Source: Chiloscyllium plagiosum (lineage: Eukaryota). Taken from it: 64,000 bases of DNA. The stretch covers positions 5,853,488 to 5,917,487 of the forward strand of contig NC_057753.1 of assembly GCF_004010195.1 (NCBI RefSeq). Reading direction: 5' to 3'. Below, piece by piece: positions 39,301-52,435 of the stretch. The position numbers were made by a program, and so were the translations under genes. Each line of letters opens with the position of its first letter. Within the stretch, counting starts at the first letter, position 1. The notes beneath the pieces are model-generated. The model was not told the origin of the DNA and did no database searches. It worked only from the letters and a program-made list of their open reading frames with translations.

Positions 39301-39898
39301 CTTGAGACGTGACAAAGCGCACATGCACAAAATATGATAATGGCATTGATTGATATGGCCGTTGACACTAAGAGAATGTCAACAAACGGCCACATTCTAC
39401 TTCTGATTGAGGCCTTGGCCGTGGTAGAATCATAAGGGTAGTACAAGATTCAATTGTGCATAACTTTTGATTGCTCAGCGATTGTGTGAATATCCGACAA
39501 AGCTGGAAGAAGAAATGTGTAAATTCAGGGACATGGGGGACAGACAATGCAATCGTGAAGCCAGGATGATAGTCTTCGAAGAACAATGGACATGCATCAC
39601 GTTTCCTGTCCTTGCTAGCTTAGTGAACAATCCTTTGGAGCACCCCTGACTTACTGATTCCAAATAAAAGGCAACTGGAGTTTGTTGAGAATTCTCAGGC
39701 CAGAACCTACAAAGATGGAAATTTACAAGCTGCTGTTTCACTTTTCAATGTGGCGTTGTTAATTAAATTAAAGAAGCTTTACTCACACGTTTGGCAAGTG
39801 TCCAAACGCAAATGAACTCTGGAATTGAGGTCACGAGTGCCAGGTCACGAAGATGGCATGCGTGAGCTAAATATAGTATCCATGTTTCATTTCAATTC

Positions 39899-40818
39899 TC
39901 AAAGAGTTGAACATTTTCGCATATTAGCAAATAACCTCAGAGGATATTTCACCCCATTCTTCAACTCGTCTCTGAATTTTCTCTGCGTTCCAGCATAGAT
40001 AAACGGATTGATGCAGGAACTTAGAAACTGAAGCATATACCCGGTTTCCTCCAGGATAAAAGATGAGTCGCCGTAATCAGAACGTGAATAATAAGCACCT
40101 TTTGCGATTCGTGAATACAGTGCTGTTACAAAAAGTAGTGAGTATAACAAGATAAAACTACCTGAAATGGCAAAAAGTAAGATGATCGATTTTTTCCGTT
40201 TCTCCATTTCTGGGTCATTCTGAATTTCGCCAGTGCTCTGGGTCCGAAGTCTCCTGCGAGCTCTATTCGCTGCTAGGATGTACCTGACAGTCAAAATGTT
40301 GAGCAGTAAAACCAGGATGAATGGGAGACAGGGAGCTAAAATGGTCCGAATCAAATCGTACGCAGTCCATGCTGGTGTTGTATTAAATAGTTGTTTTATA
40401 ACGCAGAACCAGGGTACATTATCAATTGTGTACAAAGGTTCAAATATAAAGTATAAGAATACATTTTTTAAACAGCTCAGTGTGCACACAGTTCCTAAAG
40501 CCCACTTCGCTATCTTCTCTGTACAATATGTAATTTTCAGCTTGTGGCAACAAATGGCCACAAATCGATCAAACGTGAAGGCAACCGTTAGCCAGGCAGA
40601 ACTGTCAATGACCGCAAAAATTAGGACTACACGGAGACTGCAAATTGGTGTGATCAATAGGAAACTGAATGTGAAATAAATAACAGAAATTCGATTTATG
40701 ATGACAGTAAAAATGATCACCAAGAGATCTGCCAGCGCCATGGACACAATGTAGTAAGTGATACATCCAGAGAGACCACATCTTCTTCGGTAAAGGATCA
40801 CTACCACTGCCACATTAG
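39899..40818 (-). CDS. Orphan class A GPCR (GPR139/142-like), copy B, exon 2 (329 aa with exon 1)
   Basis: Intact ORF with the same motifs as copy A (about 37 aa differences by hand count, plus a 6-aa longer C-terminus). Acceptor ttctgttacAG|CT AAT GTG. Confidence 0.93.
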
Positions 40819-41394
40819 CTGTAACAGAACGAATAAAGTGATGAAATGTCTCAGAGCATGAGAGCAAGAAACTTATTAACTGACATTCACCAAAATATTT
40901 TACACAGAATTCTGCAGGAAGCCCATATACTTGTTCCCTGTTTATGAGTTGAAACGTGCCTCACACTTGCTTCAGGGCTTTCTGTCACTCTTAAAACGAT
41001 TATTATATGTTACACAAATGACAAAGGAGTAATTAATATATTAATGCTGTGTAATAAAGAAGATGGTGTTACAGACACGTCAAAAAAATCACAGAAATAA
41101 ACTGGACAAACATGATATATGCAGAAGATGTCACATGCTCAATAGATTGGCACCTGTGAGGTCTATTGAGATCATTCATTTTATCATGAAAGTTTGAGGA
41201 TGAGTTGTGCAAATTATTAAAATAAAACAAGGAACTGCAGATGCTGCCGATCTGAATCACACAAAGTCAGACATCGCTGGAGAAACTCAGCAGGTGTGGC
41301 AGCGTCGGTGATGAAGAGATAGTGTAAATATTTTCTCTCCACATGCTCCCACAGCTGCGTAGTTTCTCCAGCAATGTCTGCTTTTGTGAATTGA

Positions 41395-42060
41395 GAGATG
41401 TGCAGCAAGGAAACAGACCCTTCATTCCAACTCATCCATGCCGACCAGATATCCTAAACTAATCTAGTCCCACCTGCCAGCACCCCGCCCATATCCCTCC
41501 AAACCATTCCTATTCATATAATCATTGTAACACCCTCCCCCACTTCCTCTGGCAGCTCATTCTATGCACACACCACCCTCTGCATGAAAATAAATGCCCC
41601 TTCAGGTCACTTTGTCCCTTTCCTCCCTTGCTCGAAACCTAGATCCTCTAGTTCTGGACTCTCATACGCCAAGGAAAAGATCTTGGCTGTTTACCCTACC
41701 GAAGCCCCTCATCATTTTATAAACATCTACAAGATAACCTCTCAGTCTCTGACACTCCTGGGAAAACAGCCCCAGCCTATTAAACTTCTCCCCTTCTCGC
41801 TCAAACCTCCAACACTGGCAACATCCTTGTACTCATTTTCTGAACCCTTTCAAGTTTCACAACATCACTCTGATAGGAAGGAGACCAGAATTGCACGCAA
41901 TATTGCAACCGTGAGCTGACCAACTTGCTGTACAGCAACAACATAACCCCTCAAACCCTGTACTCAATACTCTGAACAGTAAAGGAAAGCATACCAAAGG
42001 CCTTCTTCACTATCCTACCTAACTGCGACTCTACTTTCAAGGAGCTGTGAACGCGCACTC
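41395..42060 (-). mobile_element. CR1 3' fragment in the intron of GPCR copy B
   Basis: CR1 tail and degenerate YCVQFWSP region (gagaccagaattgcacgcaatatt); absent from paralogous introns. Confidence 0.8.
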
Positions 42061-43506
42061 ATTGTTTGTTTAAATGGTTTGAACAAGTATATACGACAAC
42101 AGAAATCACTGGAGGGGAAATTAATAAGTTAACTACGTGGCACAAGATTTTCTACATGCTATTCATTTACTCAATCACCTTCTGACAATTACAATAACGA
42201 CCTGAGACACTGAAACTACGCAGATGATGACCTCTCATTCATCCAGCCCGAGATTCATACAGCACGGAATGGCTGCTTCAGTCCAACCAGTCAAAGCCGA
42301 ACTTGATCTCAAAGTAAACTAGTCTCACCTGCCTGCTCCTGGTCGATATCTCTCCAAACATTCCCTGTTCATGTATCTGTCCAAATGTCTTCTAAACCTC
42401 GTAACTATACCAGCATCTGTCGCTCCCTCCGGAAATTCATTCCTCACGCGAACCAATCTTTGAATAAAGTATTCGGTGCATGTCTACTTTAAATCTCTCT
42501 TCCCTCACCTTAAAAATGTGCCCCACTCCCCGAGTCCTGAAATTCCCCATCCTCGGGAAAAGACAAGAAGTTCCAACTATATCTGAACCTCTCATTATTT
42601 TAGAAACTTTTATCATGCCGCCTCTCACACAGATAACTTTTTTTCTTGAATAACAGCAAGCATCCAAGCTGCAATTTATTGTGAGGTCAAGTAAGCACTT
42701 CTGTTCAGTAGATACTCGTTTTCGAAACTTTGTCCCATACGTGATGAAATCTTAGCATCAGCAGTCATTAATATCGATAAATTAGCCGGTATTCATGTGG
42801 ATGAATCACCAGAATTTACAGCAAAAATTTGCAGTGTGATGTAACTGAAATCATACATTGAAAAATTGTCTGATGAGTCTTTCAAAGACCCACATGCACA
42901 TATATATTTTGTCGGGTGCTTTTGTACTTTCAGAGTTACATTATACTTAGCTCAAAAACTGCATGAATTCATGTAAAACTCTGAGCTCAAAATCTAATTA
43001 AATTGGGTCGGATGTTGAACCAATGCCTCAAACCCTATAAACAGTCAGTTATTTGGACGAATTGTTACGCAACTTTCAACTTTTGGTATTCAGACTTTCA
43101 CTGTCATTCCAAAGTGATAATTAACCTCCAGAAACAATTGAACGCCATAACTGGTCGAAATGTATATCAAAACAAAACAATGCAATGATCCACATAAAGT
43201 GAATACAGCCAAGATCATGCATAGTCTGCATTACACAGACTGGCTCCATGCTAAGTCAGCCACAGTGAAAGCCGCCTAAAATGTGGCAGAAATCAATTTA
43301 TATTGTGATACCAGGGTGAGAACTAAACCGTGGCGACTGCAGCAGTGTTGTAAAATTTCAACATTTACAGCATCATAACTTTATGATGTTCACTCACAGT
43401 AGCGTTCCCATAATGGCAGAGCACAACACCTTGCATTGAAGGTATACTCAGGAATGGTATACTCAGGAAGCAAATAATAATCACTAAAATGCCTGAAGAG
43501 AGTAGA

Positions 43507-43790
43507 TTACATGACACTACCGTGTGGAAACAGACTCTTCGGCCCAACAAATCTACACCGACCTTCCAAAGAGCAACTCACCCAGACACATTCCATTACA
43601 TCTACTCTTTCACCTTACAATACGGACAATTTAGAATGGCCAATTCACCTAGCCTGCACATCTTTGTGATGTGGGAGGAAACCCACGCAGACAATGTGCA
43701 AACTTCACACAGAGAGTTGCCCAAGGCGGAAAAGTGAACCCGGACCTCTGGCACTGTGAGGCAGCAGTGCTAGCCACTGTGCCACCCAAC
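43507..43790 (-). mobile_element. HE1/V-SINE in the intron of GPCR copy B
   Basis: Reverse complement of the SINE seen at 96-392. Empty site gagtaga|tgtggaac in copy A (~22520). Confidence 0.85.
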
Positions 43791-44521
43791 TGTGGGACAA
43801 CTGTCCCCACTAGTGAGGTGACCAAGAAAGAGATGACAGAAAGTTGCAACAGTTGAAAAAGCAAAGAAAATGATACAGAAAAATGAAAATAGGTTTTGCA
43901 CGCAGCGGCATGTTAAGGTTTGGAATACACTATCTGATGGTAACATGGACGCAATATTCAAACTTTATTTAGACTTGTCTTTACTGGATATTATGCAGGT
44001 TTATGTAGAGGTGCAAGAGAATGGGACCAACAGAATTGTTCACTTTTAGAGTGGACGCACACAAGATGACCGAATACCCTCCTTCTGCCCCGTGACAAGA
44101 TTGTGACTCGTTAAAGAAAAGGAAGAGTGCAGATATTAGGTAAAATCTTAGAGTCAAAACAGAAAGGTTATATCTTGGAATTGGTATAAATGATATTCTA
44201 GAAGGTGAGAATATCAACGATTAATAATGAAAATAAAAGTCAGTAAGTGAACTATATTATTTCATTAACGTCGAGAACAATTATAAGGATAGTTATTTTT
44301 CACTTATAATATTGTTGCACAGAAGAAATCAATAGAAAGTCTATCTTAAAAAAAATATTTCGTGATGTCGGAGAAACCATGCCCGATGAAGTGAAAAGAT
44401 GCACCGCTTAATGATAAACCGCTAAAGGAAAGAATATCCGCGCTGGGAAAATGGGTTATTGGTCGTAAAAGGAAAAGTACTGCAACAAACCAACGAGTCA
44501 GCGAATTATCCAATACTTTAC

Positions 44522-44591
44522 CTGGAATCCCAATAGCCGCAAGTAAAGGATAGTAAATGGAGAACAGGAGACCTTTTGGTGATATATGCAT
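44522..44591 (-). CDS. GPCR copy B, exon 1
   Basis: MHISPKGLLFSIYYPLLAAIGIP+G, donor GTAAAG, 70 nt, phase 1. Confidence 0.9.
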
Positions 44592-44640
44592 TTCTACCTG
44601 AAGTTTTAAGATGATTCCACGTTACGGTGTACTTTGCCAC

Positions 44641-44677
44641 ATTTATAATCATTGTCAAACTCCAGGGATTTAATTAG
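44641..44677 (-). promoter_or_regulatory. Proximal promoter of GPCR copy B: homeodomain + O/E(EBF)-like composite and TATA box
   Basis: Minus strand CTAATTAAATCCCTGGAG (44660-44677) and TATAAAT (44641-44647). Confidence 0.62.
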
Positions 44678-45564
44678 ATGCTTTGAAACGTTAACAGAAA
44701 ATACCATGCTTGTTACAAAAACACATATTACAACAGCTGCAGCGCAGCATGTTTTGGTGGAGTGAGGTTGTTAACGAGGTTTTGAATGGAATATGCATAG
44801 GGACTACAAAACGCCTAAACAAAAAGAGGGATGCAGATGCTTGAAATCGAAAAAAACCCAGCAATTTCTGGAAAGGCAGGTCAAGCAGCAACCTTGGAGA
44901 GACATCAAAATTAACGTTTTGAGTCCAGTGGAACATTACTCACAATTGGGCTGGAAATGTTAAATCTGATTTATCTCCACCATAAAATGTCTTAATTGTG
45001 CCTTTCGTTATTAAAATGCATAACCTTTTTTTGATTTCATAGCTGAAGCAATGGTGTTTTCCCCTGGTCAATCACAGATGTATGAATATGCGTGAAGTTT
45101 AATCTCAGTTTAATATCTTGGCAGCAAAAGAATCCTCCAGTGCAGCTCAACAGAGGCCAGATGCAGAGAAAGAATACATTCCATCATAACATTACTGATC
45201 GGATAAAATTCCACTTCCATCTGTCTTAAGGTGAAAGCGAGGCACATAGTTTGCAATGACTGTTTTTTTGGTAAACACACCAAAAATCTTTCGTATGGAC
45301 TTCTCGTTATTTTGCGATCAGACGAGACTATGTGTACTACTGGGAAGGAAACAGAATGCTGTAAATCTGAAATGAAACAGTAAAAATGTTGGAAAAACTC
45401 AGTCGCTCTGAGAATAAATTATAGAGGGAGAAATCTAAAGTTTTAACGTCAACATAACCATTTCTTAACCATACAAATACTCTAGGTGCAGGGCAAGTCA
45501 GAGGCGAGGATCTCTGAAGCAAATATCTCGACCTCTGACTCCAGTTAAAAGGGACAAGTCGGCA

Positions 45565-46450
45565 GCTCATTCCATACACATACCACCCCCTGCGTGAAAA
45601 AGCTGCCCCTTAGGAGTCTTTTATATGTTTTCCCTCTCACCTAAACCTATGCCCTCTACTTCTGGATTCCCCCATCCCAGGGAAAAAAGACCTTGGCTAT
45701 TTACGCTATCCATACCCTCATGATTTTATAAACCTCTAAAAGGTCACCCCTGAGCCTCTGACGCTACAGCTCAAACACTCCAACCCTGGGAACATTCTCG
45801 TAAATCTTTACTGAACCATTTCAGGTTTCACAACATTCTTCCGATAGGAAGGAGTCCAGAATTGCAAATATTCCAAAAGTGGCCTCACCAATGTGCTGCA
45901 CATCTGCAACAGATCCTCCCAACCCCTGTACTCAATACACTGACCAATAAAGGAAAGCATACCAAACGCCTTCTTAACTATCATTTCTACCTGTGACTAT
46001 ATTTTGAAGGAACTATGAACCTGCATTCCAAGGTCTCTTCATTCAGCAACACTCTCTAGGACCTTACCATTCAGTGTATCAGCACTGCTGATGTTTGCTT
46101 TCCCAAACTGAACACCTCATATTTATCTAAATTAAACTCCATCCGCCACTCCTCAGCCATTGGCCCGTTTGTTTAAGATCCCATTGTAATCCGAGGTAAC
46201 CTTCTTTGCTGTTCACTATGCTTCCGATTTTGGTGTCACCTGCAAACTTACTAACTATGCCTTTTAAGCTCATATCCAAGTCAGTTATATAAATGACGAA
46301 AAGTAGAGGGCCCAGCACCGGTCCTTGTGGCACTCCACTGGTCACAGGCGTCCAATATGAAAAAAAAATCCTGCACCACCACCCTCTGAGTTCTATCTTT
46401 TGAGCCAGTTCTGTATACAAATGGCTTGTTCTCCCTGCATTCCATGAGAT
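45565..46450 (-). mobile_element. CR1 LINE fragment (RT)
   Basis: VTSGVPQGPVLGPLLFVIYITDLD..SKFAGDTKIG. Confidence 0.88.
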
Positions 46451-46479
46451 TAGCGAGTAATAGGGACTTTTGGTGCCTC

Positions 46480-46830
46480 ACAATGGGTTGTGTGTAATAG
46501 CAGACTATGTGATAACAAGACCTGGTCTATGGATATTGGGATAAGGACATCGAAGAGCTCAAGAACAAAAGGTTGCTGAACTCTATATTCAATCCAGAAT
46601 GCTGCAGGCAGCTGTCCTTTCAGCTTGCTGAGTTTCACTGGAGCTCTGCAACAAGCCTGATATACAGATATTGGCAAGGGAACAGAGTGATATGTTGATG
46701 TGGCAGGCAATTAGATGCTCAAAGTCTTTATTTTGCGGACAGACTGTAGGTGTTCTGCGAAGTGGTCATCCAACCTATGCTTACTTACCCCATTGTAGAT
46801 GAGAGTGCGCTGTGAGCAGCGAATGTGGAG
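46480..46830 (-). mobile_element. Penelope-like element, GIY-YIG endonuclease remnant
   Basis: HIRCSQRTLIYNGVSKHRLDDHFAEHLQSVR resembles the PLE GIY-YIG motif CIRCS.C.L.YIGETKR.L..RF.EHL.SV. Confidence 0.72.
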
Positions 46831-47717
46831 GAGAGCGCACGGCTCTCGTCCTGTTTCCCCATGCAGTCGAACCAAAATGCTCAGAGACACAGGTTTCACC
46901 TCGTTCATCTTTATTCCACTCCCTGGAGGGAGAGAAAGATCACCCATGTGCACAGGGACATGAGTTCACGATTATCTCTGATACAGCAGTTTGTCAAAGA
47001 ACTTATATAGTAATTTCACAGGGAAGAGCATACAGATCAGGCAGTTACATATTAATTGGGTGACCATTACAATCAGCGAATGTCAATAGTTAAGATTAAG
47101 CCACCTGCTGTTACACAATGAATAACTGGCTTCACATACTGATTATTTTTCTGCTTGTTGAATTGACCTCACACACTGAATGCTTGCAATATTGTGAAAT
47201 GGCTCTACATAATGACTGCTTTTCCACCTTTTTAACCCATTACTATGCCTCCAGCACCCCATTGCTAACTGGAAGTTCTTATCTGATCTGAGTCATGCTC
47301 AGCTGAACTTCTTGCTTCACAAAACTCAGAACTTAACCCTTTCCCTGCCTGCTAATGCCCTATACACATTCTCACTGCGGGCAGGCAATGCGGAGAAGAC
47401 TGCAGGTCACTACCTTTTGCCTGCCTCCCTTCCTGAACAAGGCCCTTTTATATTAACATTTCTTTCCAATCCTCTTGAAACTTTTCAACATTCAGGGAAT
47501 TTTGGAAAATTATAACCCATGGATCCACTCTCTCTTTCCCCTCCTCTTTTAACAAGCCCTGGTTACTTGACTGCCTTGCTCAGCACGTTTTCACTCATGG
47601 TAATGATTTTTCTATTCTGTAGCTGTGTTTCCTTTTAGTAGTAGTGGTTGTAGTATCCTCCACTGTGGAAACTGAAGCAACATGATGATTTAGAGTCTCC
47701 GTCATTTTGTATCTACA

Positions 47718-48022
47718 GTGACTCAGTGCTCAGCACAGCTGCCTCACAGCGCTAGGGACCAAGGTTCGACTCCAGACTTGGGCGTCTGTCCGTGTGGAGT
47801 TTGCATGTTCTCCTCTTGTCTGCATGGGTTTCCTCCCACGATGCAAAGATGTGAATTGACCATGCTAAATGGCCCACAGAGTTCAAGGATATGTAGGTTA
47901 GGTGTATTGGTCATGGTAAATATAAGATAGTAAGGTAAGGGAATGGGCCTGGGTGGGCTACTCTTTGGCAGGTCCGGTGGACTTGTGGGCCAAAGGGCCT
48001 GTTTCCACACTGTCGGGATTCA
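47718..48022 (+). mobile_element. HE1/V-SINE
   Basis: A/B boxes, V-core and tail as at 96-392. Confidence 0.85.
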
Positions 48023-48329
48023 CTGTTGTCTGTTTTTTCCACAATTAACTCACAAACCTTATTCTCCAAGGGAACAACATTCACTGTGTGATGTCATTGA
48101 TTGCATTGGTGACGTCAACATTTCCCCAGGGATTTCCAAAACTGAGATTTCTCTGGACTCCGGTGTTTCTGATATCTGTCTACTGCAGAGGGAGGTGTTA
48201 AAATTGAAAACGGTTTCAGTGTTCGAAGTATTTTTGGCCATCTGTTCTCAATTTGTAAATTTTAGTACAGTGGTCTCTGTCCCACTGCATCCCCCAGGCC
48301 ATCTCGCCATCCTTGAATTTCCTCACCGA

Positions 48330-48560
48330 TGTACCACAATTACCCTCCCATCTGCACCCACCTATCGCCTTCCCAGCTACCTTCCCCCAGACTCTCCCCT
48401 CCCCACCCCAACCCCCATTTTTTGTCTATCAGCCTCCTTCCCTCTCCACATTCTTGATGAACGGCTTATGCCCGATACTCCAACTCTCCTGCTCCTCGGA
48501 TGCTGCCTGACCTGACGTGCTTTTCATGTGTCACACTTTTCGACTCTGACTCTCCAACAT
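48330..48560 (+). mobile_element. Penelope-like terminal repeat with degenerate hammerhead
   Basis: ttgatgaacggcttatgcccgatac followed by tctcctgctcctcggatgctgcctgacctg; same family as 24015-24188. Confidence 0.7.
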
Positions 48561-48928
48561 ATGCAGTCCTCACTTTCTGCTTGACTGTGGGTCTGAATCC
48601 ATGCCCATTCTTTATTGTGTTTCACCTCTAACCGTTCTGATCACCCCTCTTCCATTATCGAAAAACTTCCTGTTTCCTCTTCTCGTGTATTCTTGCTCCG
48701 TTTAGGTTGACATTGCGATCGTGCACTGTTCATGAAATAAAATATTATGCTTACTCTTCAAGATTGTTACAAAGAAACGTTTGACACTGAGGAACAGAAG
48801 CATGTATTAAAACAGGTCGAAAAAAATCTGTGCGAACCTTGGCCTTGACAGATGACAGAATAGTCATAGCAATGAATTGGAGATGCTAGAAGGGGCTGGA
48901 ATTAGTTGAATTGTACCGTATTTTTCAG

Positions 48929-49213
48929 GTTAGATTAGCGTGGATACAGGCCATTTAGCCCAACAAGTTCACACGGATCTCTGAAGAGTTACCCACCCAG
49001 ACCCATTCCCTACATTCCCTGGCTAACACACCTAACACTACAAGCAATTTAGCACGGTCAATTCACCTGATCTGCATATCTATGGATTGTGGGAGAAAAC
49101 TCACGCAGACACAGGGAGAATGTGCATACTCCACACAGACAGTCGCCCCCAAGGCTAGACTAGTCCCTGGCGCTGTGATGCTGCAGTGCTAACCACTGAA
49201 CCACCGTGTCACC
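48929..49213 (-). mobile_element. HE1/V-SINE
   Basis: Reverse complement of the SINE family at 96-392. Confidence 0.85.
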
Positions 49214-49560
49214 CTTGAATAGGTGTATAAGATTTCAGAGTAAGACCAAGTAATGTGGCTCATTAAACATGCTTTGTCTCTCAGTAACATCATTCTTAAT
49301 CTTTTTGTGCTCCCTATCCCACTTTCCTGTCTGCTGTCCTTCATCTTAGTTAATGTCTATGTCTACAAAAATACGATTGAATTCTGCCTTGATAGATTCA
49401 GTGGTACAGCCCCTATTGCTTTCTGTGGAAAGAATATGTAAGATTTTGTGACTGGAGCTTTTCACAAAAACAGAGATTATCATGATCCAAAGAAAGTCAG
49501 AAACATCATTTTTTTTAAAAAAATGTTCTTCTTAAATAGCAGATTTTGTAGGTCAGTAAG

Positions 49561-49747
49561 AGACAAAAAAAAACCCTGCAGATGCTGTAATCCAGGGTAG
49601 ACAAGCAGGAGGTTGGAGGAACATAGTTAGCCAGGCGGCATCAGGAGGTGGAGAAGCGGAATAAGGGTTACACCCAAAATGTTGACTTCTCCACTCCTTG
49701 ATGCTGCCTCACTTGCTGTATTCTTCCAGCCTCTTTCTTGTGTACTC
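49561..49747. mobile_element. Foldback Penelope-like mini-element with perfect 14-bp target-site duplication
   Basis: tgtaggtcagtaag at 49547-49560 and 49748-49761; imperfect inverted arms. Confidence 0.75.
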
Positions 49748-51637
49748 TGTAGGTCAGTAAGCATGGCTGATGGGTGAACTGACTTGGTGTGAGTCTGCGC
49801 ACTGGAAGCATAAACTTCAATGACCATAACATGACAGGGAGGTTGAATGTGGGAGGCCCGCTAGAAGTCTGTTTGGATTAGGAAGTCGACAGGTAACAAA
49901 TACATGAGATTTTCAGCAGCAGATCTGCTGAGACTGTTATAGTCATAGTCATAGAGTCATAGGGATGAATTTGAGTGACGTTACTGAAATGAAAGTAGGT
50001 GGTCTTGACGATGATGAGGGTATGTTGTTGGAAACTCACCTTAGGATGAAGTATTTCACCATGCTTGTGCCCAGTCTGGCTCAGCCTCACGGTTGCTTGA
50101 AAGAGGGATGCAGTCCATGGCAAATTAGAGGACACTGAATTCGATGGCTTCAGTCTACTTTGTAATTAACGGAGGAAATTTCAGCTTTACATGTACTGGA
50201 TGTCAGATGAGTCATGGTGGTGTGTGACTTGGAATTTGTGATATTATAAACTTCAGAACTTCAATAACTGTTCAGGGATTGAAAGAATCATTAAATGTAA
50301 ACGTTTACACATGGATGAAGCAATAATAATAATAGAGTAAAAAAAATATAAAGAGCAAGCATACATTTGCACAAGAATTGAAAGCAATTAGCCATGTTTT
50401 GGAAAAGGAGTCAAAGCTACATGAATGAAACAGTGTTTTAAGTACTGCTTGATAAATGGCTATGCCGCAAGGATTGACCTGCAGACGAATTCAAGGAGTT
50501 AGCTGCAGGAAAGCCATATCTTTAAACAGGCAGTCAATTCAAATATAGTAAGGAACACTGAAGCTACTTCTGATAAGAATGCAAGTTGCAGCCTTGACTG
50601 TTTCAGAGGAGTAGTCAATAATTTGGATGAAAGAAGTTAAAGAATCATTAATAGCATCATATCATAGACATGAAGGAAGTAAATACTACAAGAATCCAAC
50701 ACCAGAACTCCTCTTTAGCAGACTTTCAAAGAACATCACCGCACAACGATCAAACCTGGACATCAGAAGCGTGCTGTTGGTTGGAATGGTAGCTAAGTTC
50801 CACCAGGATTTGGGTAATAGCCAAGTTGAGTTGCGAAGCTGAACTTGCTTTCTTGGGGGGGCATTATTTTGGTTGCTACATGCAGTAAAGTTTAAATAAT
50901 TATTTGAGTTATTTGATTGTCTGTAAGATTTCTTAATAAGTTGCTAAATTAAAGATAACTTGTGATTTATCCACGATAAGGTGATGGTGTTCACTTGCAC
51001 CTATGCCTTGGATTCTCTTCATGGCAGAGGTTGGAAGGTTCTGTCAAAGTTCTGATCAAGTTATAGGTGCATAAAATCCTCCCTCCTTCATCTCCACCCG
51101 CTTCCTTCATCCCTGCCTCATTTCTTCATCTCCTCCCGTAAATGCCAGAGTCTTGCGTAGGGCCAGACCTGGCAGCATGTATCTTTCCCTGATGGACATT
51201 ACTGAACCAGTTAGCTTGTTCAACCTTGTCAAGAGCTGGCCCCACCAGTTACAGTTTCTTTCAACTCAACTTCGCAACATGCCTCTGTTGTTGTCATCTC
51301 TATCTCATACTCACTTATTCTGTTTAAGTTGGTTTCACAGGATTTTAAAAGGACTGAGTTTGCAGTCTGAAGACTGAAAACAAACATCATCAGATCTGGC
51401 AGAGTTGTTCAATTTGTCAAATATGAATATTATTTGATGTTGAACAAGGAAAGAAAAATCTCTGATCACAGATGAGAGGGTATTCTGGGTGCCAGTGAGG
51501 TTTTGGCCAATCACCTGGCCTGCTGAAACACGTGCAGTCACACTGGGAGAAACCATGGGAATGTGGAGACTGTGGGAAAAGATTTACATCCACTTCAAAA
51601 CTGGAAATGCATTGCTGCAATCATATTCGAAAATTGC

Positions 51638-51935
51638 ACGATACCAGGTTATCGTGCACCAGATTTATTTGAACATAGAGGCTTTTGCAGCGCTGCTCCT
51701 TCGTCAGGTAGTGAGTGGGACGGGATACATAGGACACGGATTTATAAATAAAATATCAACAATCTCTGAGCTGTAAATTTCGTGTCGTATGTATCCTGCC
51801 TCACTTACTACCCGATGTAGGAGCAAAAGTGCGTAGTTTAAGTCCAAAAGTCTGTAGTTTAAAATAAAGCTGTTGGACTATATCCTGGTGCTGTGTGATT
51901 TCCAACTTTGTCCACCTCAGTCCAGCATCGGCATT
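51638..51935. mobile_element. Penelope-like foldback element inserted in the ZNF pseudogene
   Basis: Inverted arms (gcgctgctccttcgtcagg / cccgatgtaggagc) and terminus ctgttggactat..ctggtg..tgtgtgattt..actttgtccac, shared with 57730-57800. Confidence 0.7.
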
Positions 51936-52174
51936 TCGCCATCAACTCGGAAGAAGCATTGGTCAGCTGCAAGTGTGGGAAAGGGTTCACTCCATCAACC
52001 CACCTGCTGGAACAAGACAGTGTTCACACTGGGAAGAGCGAATTTCCCTGCTCTTCAGTGTGGAACGGGGGTTCACTCACTCTTCCAATCAGCTGAAACA
52101 TCAGCGAGTTCACTGGAGAGAGGCTGTTTATTTGCTCCGAGTGTGGGAAGGGGTTCACTCAGTCAACCCGCCTT

Positions 52175-52435
52175 GTGGGGTGGCACTAGTTTGCCCTGCC
52201 GCCTCACAGTGCCAGGGACCAAGCTCCATTCCCGTGAGTGTGTGCGATGAGTTTGCACATTCTCTCCATGACCTGTGTCGGTTTCCTCCAGGTGCTGCAG
52301 TTTCCTTCCACATCCAAAGATGCACACATTAGGTTGGTAAATCTTGATCAATGTAGGGTTATGTGGGTAGGATGGGATGCTCTTTGGTGAGTCAGTGCAG
52401 ACTCAATGGGCTGAATAGCCTCAATCTGCACTCTA
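52175..52435 (+). mobile_element. HE1/V-SINE inserted in the ZNF pseudogene
   Basis: gcctcacagtgccagggacc...gagtttgcacattctc...tttccttccacatccaaagatg. Confidence 0.8.

Larger units (their letters stand above)
1170..45565. repeat. Tandem segmental duplication carrying the GPCR array (three related units, period ~19.2 and ~21.6 kb)
   Basis: Co-linear homology by eye: 1170-4550 ~ 21000-24250 ~ 41020-45565; 4570-9430 ~ 24260-30230 + 34450-34880; 16200-20900 ~ 35600-40900. GPCR start codons at 3805, 23006 and 44591. Confidence 0.88.

Noticed and set aside
40819..40867. ORF-track N-terminus MLSCSETFHHFIRSVT for GPCR copy B
   Set aside because: It lies upstream of the conserved splice acceptor, has no counterpart in the copy A ORF and lacks the first half of TM1. 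The true start is exon 1 at 44591.
47943..48515. 190-aa plus-strand ORF
   Set aside because: Begins in a SINE tail and ends in a Penelope-like repeat; chimeric with no domain.
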